This document shows, one piece after another, positions 11,893 through 22,480 of a DNA stretch of 64,000 nucleotides; position 1 is the first letter of the stretch; each line of letters opens with the position of its first letter. The DNA is from Eledone cirrhosa (lineage: Eukaryota). The stretch spans positions 13,826,001 to 13,890,000 of the forward strand of contig OZ024763.1 in assembly GCA_964016885.1 (NCBI GenBank). The letters run 5' to 3'. Under the pieces are notes generated by a model. The model did no database searches. It worked only from the letters and a program-made list of their open reading frames with translations, and was not told where the DNA came from. The position numbers and the translations under genes are program-made.

Positions 11893-14878
11893 TCACCTCC
11901 AAATTGAGACTGGTGTAATATATCCACCACCAAAGTGAAACTGGTGTAATATATCCACCTCCAAAGTATAAACTGGTGTAATATTCCAAAGTGTAAACTG
12001 GTGTAATATTCCAAAGTGTAAACTGGTGTAATATTCCAAAGTGAAACTGGTGAAATATTCACCTCCAAAGTGAAACTGGTGTAATATATCCACCACCAAA
12101 GTGAAACTGGTGTAATATATTCACCTGCAAAGTGAAACTGGTGTAATATATCCACATCCAAAGTGAAACTGGTGTAATATATTCACCTGCAAAGTGAAAC
12201 TGGTGTAATATTCTAAAGTGAAACTGGTGTAATATTCACCTCCAAAGTGTAAACTGGTGTAATATTCCAAAGTGAAACTGGTGTAATATTCCAAAGTGAA
12301 ACTGGTGTAATATTCCAAAGTGAAACTGGTGTAATATATCCACCACTAAAGTGAAACTGGTGCAATATTCACCTGCAAAGTGAAACTGGTGTAATATATG
12401 CACATCCAAAGTGAAACTGGTGCAATATTCACCAACAAAGTGAAACTGGTGTAATATTCCAAAGTGAAACTGGTGTAATATTCACCTCCAAAGTGTAAAC
12501 TGGTGTAATATTCACCTCCAAAGTGTAAACTGGTGTAATATTCCAAAGTGAAACTGGTGTAATATTCACCTCCAAAGTGTAAACTGGTGTAATATTCCAA
12601 AGTGAAACTGGTGTAATATATCCACCACCAAAGTGAAACTGGTGTAATATATTCACCTGCAAAGTGAAACAGGTGTAATATATCCACATCCAAAGTGAAA
12701 CTGGTGCAATATTCACCTACAAAGTGAAACTGGTGTAATATTCCAAAGTGAAACTGGTGTAATATTCCAAAGTGAAACTGGTGTAAAATTCACCTCCAAA
12801 GTGTAAACTGGTGTAATAATCCAAAGTGAAACTGGTGTAATATATTCACCTGCAAAGTGAAACAGGTGTAATATATCCACATCCAAAGTGAAACTGGTGC
12901 AATATTCACCTACAAAGTGAAACTGGTGTAATATTCCAAAGTGAAACTGGTGTAATATTCCAAAGTGAAATTGGTGTAATATTCCAAAGTGAAACTGGTG
13001 TAATATTCATCTCTAAAGTGTAAACTGGTGTAATATTCACCTCCAAAGTGTAAACTGGTGTAATATTCCAAAGTGAAACTGGTATAATAATCCAAAATGA
13101 AACTGGTGTAATATATCCACCACCAAAGTGAAACTGGTGTAATATATTCACCTGCAAAGAGAAACAGGTGTAATATATCCACATCCAAAGTGAAACTGGT
13201 GTAATATATCGACATCCAAACTGAAACTGGTGTAATATATTCACCTGCAAAGTGAAACTGGTGTAATATATTCACGTGCAAAGTGAAACTGGTGTAATAT
13301 ATTCACCTGCAAAGTGAAACTAGTGTAATATATCCAAAGTGAAACTGGTGTAATATTCTAAAGTGTAAACTGATGTAATATTCCAAAGTGAAACTGGTGT
13401 AATATATCCACCACCAAAGAGAAACTGGTGTAATATATCCACCTGCAAAGTGAAACTGGTGTAATATATCCACATCCAAACTGAAACTGGTGTAATATAT
13501 TCACCTGCAAAGTGTAACTGGTGTAATATATCCACCTCCAAAGTGAAACTGGTGTAATATTCCAAAGTGAAACTGGTGTAATATTCACCACCAAAGTGTA
13601 AACTGGTGTAATATTCCAAAGTGAAACTGGTGTAATATTCACCTCCAAAGTGTAAACTGGTGTAATATTCCAAAGTGAAACTGGTGTAATATATCCACCA
13701 CTAAATTGCAACTGGTGCAATATTCACCTGCAAAGTGAAACTGGTGTAATATATGCACATCCAAAGTGAAACTGGTGCAATATTCACCTACAAAGTGAAA
13801 CTGGTGTAATATTCCAAAGTGAAACTGGTGTAATATTCACCCCCAAAGTGTAAACTGGTGTAATATTCACCTCCAAAGTGTAAACTGGTGTAATATTCCA
13901 AAGTGAAACTGGTGTAATATTCACCTCCAAAGTGTAAACTGGTGTAATATTCCAAAGTGAAACTGGTGTAATATTCACCTCCAAAGTGTAAACTGGTGTA
14001 ATATTCCAAAGTGAAACTGGTGTAATATTCCAAAGTGAAACTGGTGAAATATTCACCTCCAAAGTGAAACTGGTTAATATATCCACCACCAAAGTGAAAC
14101 TGGTGTAATATATCCACCACCAAAGTGAAACAGGTGTAATATATCCACATCCAAAGTGAAACTGGTGTAATATATCCACCTCCAAAGTGAAACTGGTGCA
14201 ATATTCACCTACAAAGTGAAACTGGTGTAATATTCCAAAGTGAAATTGTAATATTCCAATGTGAAACTGGTGTAATATTCACCTACAAAGTGAAACTGGT
14301 GTAATATTCACCTCCAAAGTGTAAACTGGTGTAATATTCCAAAGTGAAACTGGTGTAATATTCACCTCCAAAGTGTAAACTGGTGTAATATTCCAAAGTG
14401 AAACTGGTGCAATATTCCAAAATGAAACTGGTGTAATATTCCAAAATGAAACTGGTGTAATATTCCAAAGTGAAACTGGTGTAATATTCCAAAGTGAAAC
14501 TGGTGTAATATTCTAAAGTGAAACTGGAGTAATATTCACCTCCAAAGTGTAAACTGGTGTAATATTCCAAAGTGAAACTGGTGTAATATTCACCTCCAAA
14601 GTGTAAAATGGTGTAATATTCTAAAGTGAAACTGGTGTAATATTCACCTCCAAAGTGTAAACTGGTGTAATATTGCAAAGTGAAACTGGTGTAATATATC
14701 CACCACCAAAGTGAAACTGGTGCAATATTCCAAAGTGAAACTGGTGTAATATTCACTCCCAAAGTGTAAACTGGTGTAATATTCCAAAGTGAAACTGGTG
14801 TAATATTCACCTCCAAAGTGAAACTGGTGTAATATTCACCTTCAAAGTGAAACTGGTGCAACATTCATCTCCAAAGAG
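11893..14878. repeat. Minisatellite/satellite of 21-29 bp variant units (core CAAAGTG(T)AAACTGGTGTAATAT)
   Basis: More than 100 tandem units with interspersed variants ending TC, TCACCTC, ATCCACCAC, ATTCACCTG or ATCCACATC. Confidence 0.97.
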
Positions 14879-15214
14879 AAAATATTATAGCACCTCATTT
14901 ACATATAATTTTTAAGTTGGTGAAATCAAAATATTGACCTCGAAGACAAGTCCTCCTCCCTATTTTACCATCAATATTTTGTCTCATTTATCGACATATA
15001 TACAAGTATATACAATATTTACTTTACATAAATCATCAAAAGATTTGCTATTTATGTAAACAGAATTATCCGAAACTAAATCTAATAAAATTTCTTTTAA
15101 TTAAATTTAAGAAAAAAAAAATAGTTTGAAAGAAAACTAGAGATCACTGCTCCGACCAAGGTGTAGGAGTCACTGATTTTGACCAAGGTGTAGGGGTCAC
15201 GACATACAAAATAA

Positions 15215-15382
15215 ACAGTACTCACTGTAAATGTGGTTAGCGTTTGGAAAGGCTTCCAGCTGTTAAAGCGAAGCCAAGATCAGTTCTGTATGAGCAAGAC
15301 ATGGTCACCTGACCTGGCTTTGCCCACAATAGGACAACTCGTCTAACCCATGCAAGCGTAGAAAAATGGACATTAAATTGTG

Positions 15383-15385
<3 letters not shown>
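15215..15385 (+). mobile_element. 3' part of a second SINE family
   Basis: GTGGTTAGCGTTTGGAAAGGCTTCCAGCTG...CGTCTAACCCATGCAAGCGTAGAAAAATGGACATTAAA resembles an abundant cephalopod SINE tail (recalled, not searched); duplicate at ~53843-54010. Confidence 0.6.
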
Positions 15386-15416
<31 letters not shown>

Positions 15417-15629
15417 GTGTGTGTGTGTGTGTGAGAGAGTCTCGGGTTCAATCGAGGGGGAAACCACAGTAGGTAAAGTACTCAATACATTAGTAGAGTA
15501 TATACAAAATATAATATAGAAATAGCTTCTACAGGACTAGGAATATTTCATTCGAAGGAAATCATTAGGAAAGCCCCGATTTCCTTGAAATGAAAGTTCT
15601 AGTCCTGTAGAAGTCATTTCTATATCATT

Positions 15630-16085
15630 CTGTTGACAAAGGGTTTCTCCCTACGAACGAAAATCCAGTTATATGATGCCTGTGTGAGATGGGCAGCAAC
15701 TGCGGAGGATATGCGACGGCTGGAGAGAAATGAATCAAGCATGCTCCGTTGGATGTGCAATGTCAATGTGTGTGAACGACCAAGTATAGACGAGTTGAAA
15801 AAGAAACTGGGAATAAGAGGGATAAGTTGTGGTGTGCAGGAGAGAAGACTGCGATGGTATGGACATGTGATGCGCATGGAGGATGACCGCTGGGTAAAGA
15901 AGTGCCAAGAAATCCCAGTAGAAGGAAGATGCAGTAGAGGAAGACCACGAAAATCATGGGCAGGAGTGGTGAGAGCTGACCTCAGATCGCTGAAACTCAC
16001 AGATGACGACGAAGGACAGTGACGATGGAGAGATGCTGTGCTGAATAGGACCCGTCCCACCCTTGCAAGCAGGAAAACTCAGACG
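15630..16085 (+). mobile_element. 5'-truncated RTE-clade LINE (3' end of ORF2)
   Basis: RLERNESSMLRWMCNV..ERRLRWYGHVMRMEDDRWVKKC..RGRPRKSW motif; ends in a microsatellite tail. Confidence 0.92.
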
Positions 16086-16092
16086 TATGAAA

Positions 16093-16151
<59 letters not shown>

Positions 16152-16430
16152 AGAATCAAATATACTACTTGACCAATATACTAATATGTATAGATAATAT
16201 AGATATAACAAACCTGTTGGTATAAACATCAACACTGGTAGACTCCTTCAGTACAGGAGAGGGGCAGATGATACTCCTGGCTTGTGTTTGATCAATAGCA
16301 TCACTCCTTCCCTCTGACACATAAATTTCTATTTGGTAGTGACCAGTTGTTTCCTCCTACTAAGAAAGAAATACCACCAGGGGTCAGAAGGTTAATTTAT
16401 GAGTTTTATTTATTTAGTTTATGTATCATA

Positions 16431-16512
16431 TACAGGGTGTCCCCCAAAAATGTATACACGCTTCAACAATATTCTTATAAATATGTGTATGCATTTTAGG
16501 GGGTAACCCTTT
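16431..16512. mobile_element. Tiny Tc1/mariner-like MITE remnant
   Basis: TA-CAGGGTGTCCCCCAAAAATGTATACAC ... GTGTATGCATTTTAGGGGGTAACCCT imperfect TIRs; duplicate at 55067-55148. Confidence 0.6.
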
Positions 16513-16735
16513 ATTTGTGGCTGAATTTTTGTGGTGGTGGTGGAAGGTTATTGTAGCTGAGGGAAGGAAGGAAGGGAGGGAGAATGTAGATTGTGTGTGT
16601 GTTGACTGTGCGTGCGTATGTGTGTAAGTAGAAGAGAGAGAGAACCTGAGATGGGAGAGACACATACATGTATGTGTGTCTCCCATCTCACGTTCTCTCT
16701 CCCTTCTACTTGCACATGTGTATGTGTGTGTGTAC

Positions 16736-16814
16736 CCCAACTCTTGGAGGAGTCGGGGCGCCATAAAGATGTAGAGTGTGCCTTGGGCATTTATAAACCT
16801 GGTGGAGCCCATCT
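16736..16814 (-). pseudogene. Candidate internal exon (MGSTRFINAQGTLYIFMAPRLLQELG)
   Basis: Unique sequence after a (CT)n polypyrimidine tract and AG; ends GG|GTAC in phase 2, which fits the 7403 exon; duplicate at 55372-55450. Confidence 0.4.
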
Positions 16815-16815
16815 C

Positions 16816-16896
<81 letters not shown>

Positions 16897-16913
16897 CACA
16901 TACGCATGTTTAA

Positions 16914-17132
16914 CCCTTTAGCATTTAAACCGGCCATATCTGGCCAGAATTCTCTCACTTCTTTCTGTTCAAACCGACCGTAGCTAGCCACACATACTGA
17001 TGTTAAGGTATTGTTTTCAACGTAAATAATATCATCATCAAAATCTCAGATTCGATGTGAATAATTATGTGAGATCAAGTCTTTACTGTGAAAATACAAT
17101 AGTAGATATAGAGTAATGTGAATGCTAAAGTG
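16914..17132. mobile_element. piggyBac-like MITE with TTAA TSD
   Basis: TTAA-CCCTTTAGCATT ... AATGCTAAAGTG-TTAA; duplicate at 55550-55768. Confidence 0.8.
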
Positions 17133-17194
17133 TTAAATACACACAAACACACACAAACATATACACAGCCTTAATATAAACCAACAATACTTAC

Positions 17195-17380
17195 CATAGA
17201 TATACAGTGTTGTTTACCATCTCCGGTCAGTTTAAACTGGAGATGGTAGACAGCCAGACCAATCTCAGAGATAATATTTACGTTTATGTTGACAGAGGGC
17301 AAATGGGTGGGTATTGGTGTGGTCAGCCAGAACAATGACGTCCCCTTCTTCTGTAAGGTTGCCAGGACGGGACTGGGTCA
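17195..17380 (-). pseudogene. Candidate 186-nt exon with a frameshift (TQSRPGNLTEEGDVIVLADHTNTHPFALCQHKRKYYL/SEIGLAVYHLQFKLTGDGKQHCISM)
   Basis: Strong acceptor TTTTGATTTTGTAG| and donor ATG|GTAAGT; all three frames contain a stop, and one 2-nt correction at CTCTGAG joins two open frames; duplicate at 55831-56016. Confidence 0.55.
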
Positions 17381-17499
17381 CTACAAAATCAAAACAATAT
17401 TTGTTATATGAACAGTGTGTGTGAGTAGGGGGGTAATTTTTTGTGTGGGGGTTAATTTAGAGAATATAGGGTTAACATCAACAATGTGGAGGTAATATG

Positions 17500-17860
17500 G
17501 CTAACATGAAGAGTGTGGTGTGTGTGTATGTGGGGGGCTAACATGAAGAGTGCGGTGGCGGGGGGGGGGGGGTAAACATGGCGAGAGTGTGGTGGGGGGC
17601 AAACATGGCGAGTGTGTGATGGGGGGCAAACATGGCGAAAGTGTGTGATGGGGGGACAAACATGGCGTGAGTGTGATGGGGGGACAAACATGGCGAGAGT
17701 GTGTGTGTGGGGGGACAAACATGGCGAGAGAGTGTGTGTGTGGGGGGACAAACATGGCGAGAGAGTGTGTGTGTGGGGGGACAAACATGGCGAGAGTGTG
17801 TGTGTGGGGGGACAAACATGGCGAGAGAGTGTGTGTGTGGGGGCTAACATGGAGATAGTG
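17500..17860. repeat. ~26-33 bp G-rich minisatellite (GGGGGACAAACATGGCGAGAGTGTGTGTGT)
   Basis: Nine AAACATGGCG-containing units plus degenerate flanking units; duplicate at 56136-56496. Confidence 0.93.
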
Positions 17861-17918
17861 TGGGGGCTTTTGAACAGGAGGGGATATAGTATGCGTGTAG
17901 TTGTAGAAGGGTAACGTG

Positions 17919-17954
<36 letters not shown>

Positions 17955-17955
<1 letters not shown>

Positions 17956-18174
17956 GGGCACGTGGCCTAGTGGTAAGGGTCTTGGACTTACAATCATAAC
18001 ATCGTGGGTTCGATTCCTGGGTTCTGTGTTGTGTTCTTGAGCAAAACACTTCATTTCACGTTGCTCCAGTAAACTCAGCTGAAAATGAGTACCAACAATA
18101 GATGGAGGTTTAACCCTGCGATGGACTGGCACCCTGTCCAAGGTGGTGTCTTGTACTCTCAGTCGCTTCATGCC
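17955..18174 (+). mobile_element. tRNA-derived SINE with CORE-like and V-domain-like segments
   Basis: A box TGGCCTAGTGG, B box GGTTCGATTCC, then GTGTTCTTGAGCAAAACACTT and CCCTGCGATGGACTGGCACCCTGTCCAAGGT; duplicate at 56591-56810. Confidence 0.82.
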
Positions 18175-18499
18175 ATAATGCATTGAAAATCTAAGTCGTT
18201 TAACTACAGAGGTACAACGTCAAACCATTCTAGCCCATTACTATAAAAAGTTATTTCAAAAATAAATAGATGATAAATAGAAAAAGAGAAATGGGGAATA
18301 CATATACATACACAAATATATATATATATATATTTATTTATTAAAATAACAGATTAAAGTTTAAGCAAAGAATCGCTGCTTTCACCCTTAACGGGATCTG
18401 TTATTTTAATAAATATTTGCTCTACGGTTCTTATATATTTGATATATATTCATCCTTATCGAGCCCTCTTTGGATTTTAGTCTTCAAATTTATTATTAT

Positions 18500-18535
<36 letters not shown>

Positions 18536-18540
<5 letters not shown>

Positions 18541-19355
18541 AGTGAGTTTTATTATTTATGGAAATATAATAATATCCCCCACCCCTATATATATATATAT
18601 ATATAGGGGTGGGGGATATTATTATATTGCCAGAAATAATAAAACTCACTTTTTGGTTTGGGTTGGATTTCACTTCCATATATTTTATATCTATCCCTAT
18701 AGTTAATTTAACTAGCAATCAATGTTTTATTGATTGACCAACAGTTTTATATATATATATATATATATATAGTCTCCCAGAGTTCTTTCGTCACACACCT
18801 GTGACATCAGTGATACTATTGTTTCTTCCTGTTGTATTGTAATGATGGTACAACAACCAATCAAAGGCCATAAGAAAGATTAAAGTGGTAGAAAAGCCAG
18901 GATCTACTATAAAATCCCTGAATTAGGGAAGCAACTGAAATAGAACCAAGAAAACCGAAGTAGAACAGAAAACTTGAATGGAACAACAACAACCATACAA
19001 ATACACACTAGTGACCAAAGATAGAATACAAACACGAACACAAACCAAACAGAAAACGCGCATAGAAACACATTCGGAAATCGAGACAAATAAATAAACA
19101 ATTGAATAAGTAAACATTACAATACAACGGGAGGAAACAATAATATCACTGATGATGTCACAAGTGTGTGATGAAAGAATTCAGACTATAAATAAATATA
19201 TATATATATAAACAGTTGGTCAATCAATGATAAACATTGATTGCCAGCTAAATTAACTATAGGGATGTAGAATATACGGAAGCCAAAACCAACCCAACCC
19301 AAACTGTTTTATTATATATTTCTAGCAATACTATAACAATATGACCCTCCCCAAA
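18536..19355. mobile_element. Fold-back element with inverted arms carrying degenerate hammerhead motifs (Penelope-like pseudo-LTR relic)
   Basis: 18650-18844 is inverted at 19114-19310; the right arm reads CTGATGA-TGTCAC..GTGAT-GAAA-GAAT-TC at 19149-19182; extra hairpin at 18539-18654; duplicate at 57172-57991. Confidence 0.6.
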
Positions 19356-19575
19356 TATAATTTGTTTCGACATGCGATTTCATATAAAAAAACGTTGCAA
19401 ACAAATTAATTCGGATCTAGCTGTCGAAACATCTAGCTTCTGTGTTTTTTTTTCTTTTGTTTTTCCTTTCCCTTTCCTTTATATTATATTATATTATATT
19501 ATATATTTGTTTGTGCTTTCGTTCTGTAAATATTGTATTATATTTCTTTTTATAAGAAATATAATACAATTTTAA

Positions 19576-19766
19576 GGGCAGTAGATTGGCAGTATCAGTA
19601 GAGAGTCGGACACCATGCTTTGCAGCAAAGAGTCACGGCCCTTTACGCTCTCAGTTCAAATCCCGCTGAGGTTAACTTTACCTTTCATCCTTACGGGGTC
19701 GATAAAATAAAGTACCAGTCATGCACTGGGATAATTGCTGGCCTTGTGCCAAAAGTAGAAACAATG
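19576..19766 (+). mobile_element. tRNA-derived SINE, full length (family of 672-860)
   Basis: TGGCAGTATCAGT head, CAGTTCAAATCCC B box, family 3' end; duplicate at 58212-58402. Confidence 0.87.
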
Positions 19767-21242
19767 ATATTTCTTTTTATACAAAATAAAATTTAAATCA
19801 TCTATAATACTTAGATACAACAATACAATAAAAATATTGCAAATGAGAGGTGTCATTTACCTTTAATCTCACCTCTTCCCATTAGATCTATATTTTTCTT
19901 CTGGAATACTGTATTAACATTTATATTTTCATGTCTATATTATTAAGTATTAAGGTTGTTATATAATATTTAGAGTACAGTCTACAGACAAGGGGAAGTA
20001 GGGAAGGGATAATTATTTAAAAACTGATCTCTCAACTCCATCTTTATTTAGCTTACCCCAGGGTTTCCCAACCTGGGCGATTTCATATATACGGACACAC
20101 ATATATTCATTAAATAATAGCCCTTCTTTAATATTTAACTCTGCACCTTAAGCATTGAGCACACCTCGCTTCGGCTATTGGCGTCTAGTATACTGTACCA
20201 CACTTTTTTGTCTCCTCTTTTCTTATGATACATATCTTCTCTTTAATATATATATATATTTATATATATATACACACATACATGCATAAACACTTCTATG
20301 CAAATACTCATACAGATATATTAAAAGCACATATATACCAGCATAATAACGATTGACAAACCATCAGGACACATGCTTGCTCGTGTGAAAACCGAACTTG
20401 CTACTCTACGTACACTGACGGAAACAGATATGTACATAAACACACAAATAGAACTGGTATGACTTATATAGGTACATCAAAGATTTTGTTCCAATATTGA
20501 ACCATTCGAGGTAGTTAGAACGAAGTAGCAGTGTAGTACTGGGGTCAATTCTTCTATATCTCTTTCTTAATTCCTTTCTCTCACTCTATATCCGTCTCAG
20601 GAAAACATAACCTATCTGGGGTAGAGATCGGATCTGTCACCTTATACAAAATGCCCCGAAGACCCCGAATGTCAACTCCCTCACAAGTTATAGGTCCCTA
20701 CATACGTACATAGAAACATCAGAGATATCTTTTATATCTTTCACTCGATAATGCTAGACAAGTATTCCGTGAGTCAGAAAGGAATGTTTGCGATATGACG
20801 AGAGAACCTCTCTGAATAAATATTACATAGTTCAGATGCTACGTAAAGCAGGCGGCGACAACATCGAAGACCAGAGATGCCATGTGGAAATGGACATCGA
20901 CATAACACACATAGGGTTACCTTATAATCATAGACATTTGGGCTTATGAACACACACACACACACACACACATATACATATATACGGGTGCACAGGTGTA
21001 CGGAGTTCTCATGTCGCCACTAAGGATTCCGCCAGATGTCCCGTCACACATCTCTACACCTTCCATTAAATGTTGATTAGTAAATATATAGTAAGTATAT
21101 ATCACATGTAAGAGGGAAAGCCATAGCAAGTGTTGAGGATAAGAGACGTGTGGAATTAATAATAAAAATATTGTTAAAATTATTAATAGTAGTAGTTGTC
21201 ACAATAAAGTGGGGAGGACAACATTATTATAAATAGTTATAA

Positions 21243-21524
21243 TTGTTTCTACTTTAGGCACAAGGCCAGCAATTAACCAGTACATTACTGGTACTTTATT
21301 TTATCGACCCCGTCAGGATGAAAGGCGTTGTTTAGAGGGCGGTGGATTGGCAGTATCAGTAGAGGGTCGGACGCCATGCTTTGACGTATAGAGTTACGGC
21401 CCTTGCCATTCTGAGTTCAAATCCCGCCGAGGTTAACTTTGCCTTTCATCCTTACAGGGTCGATAAAAGAAAGTACCAGTAATGTACTGGGTAATTGCTG
21501 GCCTTGTGCCAAACGTAGAAACAA
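21243..21524. mobile_element. Head-to-head SINE pair (partial minus copy 21243-21325 and full plus copy 21337-21524)
   Basis: The inverted 3' halves form a ~280-bp fold-back; duplicate at 59879-60160. Confidence 0.85.
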
Positions 21525-21994
21525 TTATTATAAATACTTATATACACACAAGCTTAAACAGGTATACATACGTACGCTTATCTAGACTCGTACGTACATA
21601 AACGTTTATAAATAAAAGCCGAAGCTGATAAAAAGAACATAGCTTACCATATCGAATTTGGAAGGATGCACATAACGTTGCTTCAACATGGTCCCATCAT
21701 CATTTGCTGATACGATTATTGCATACGCAACACAAGTTTAAAGGGCTATCTGTTTAGAAACCATCAAGCCAGGCCACCATCTAGACACTGAGGTATGACA
21801 GTTGAAGGACATCAGGTGGTTATAGCTTCAAATCAAACCTAAAGAGATAAAAATAAAATCATGATATATTTTCTGAAAACTACAGAATAGTAAAAGACAT
21901 GTCGACACCTTTGCGGTATTAATAAGACTGAGAAAGGTATGAACGCCACCACGTCAATTAAGCTTCGAAAATAGAAAGTAGGTTTATATATCTA

Positions 21995-22480
21995 TTAATT
22001 TTCATTTTCTTCCCCAATTCTGTATTTTGAAGTGCTTTCATTATTTTAAATATTTCTATCATGTCACTCGTTTGATTAATCTCCCCCAAAGTTGTAATTC
22101 TATGTGTTTGTCCTTGGTATAGTGAACTAATGTTGATATTTTCAAGTCTTGACATTTATATGGAATAGTGTCCTAATATTTAAATAGTCTTTATATTTTT
22201 ATCCTGCTCCCCTAAGATTTATCTCCTCTAAATTTACAAAAGCTTCACATTTCTTTCACAAGATAGATCCTTAAATAATTATAGTGTTTTCTGTTTTCTT
22301 CTTCTCTTGGTTGCTTCATGAGCCTCACCGTTTTTGCGGATGTCGGTTGACAATTTTCTCAGTGGTATCATACATATTCATCTAGAGTTTTAAATTTTTC
22401 AGCAATTAGCTAGGGAACAGAATGTTTTATTATTTCTATTATCCGTCTCCCTCTTTTGCTTCAACATCGTTAACCATATT
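21995..22480 (-). mobile_element. CR1-clade LINE ORF2 3' relic
   Basis: Frameshifted ITTLGEI..DMIEIFKIMK motif; duplicate at ~60631-61116. Confidence 0.7.

Noticed and set aside
11893-14878. CRISPR-like array (constant repeat with variable tails)
   Set aside because: The variable parts are only a few bases and recur; there are no unique spacers and no cas genes, and the context is eukaryotic.
15633-16022. Host protein-coding gene of 129 aa
   Set aside because: It is the truncated C-terminus of an RTE LINE ORF2 with no RT domain and a non-ATG start.
17955-18030. Functional tRNA gene
   Set aside because: No closed acceptor stem, and it continues into a SINE body.
17452-18183. 243-aa His/Pro/Cys-rich ORF
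   Set aside because: Antisense read-through of a SINE and a minisatellite.
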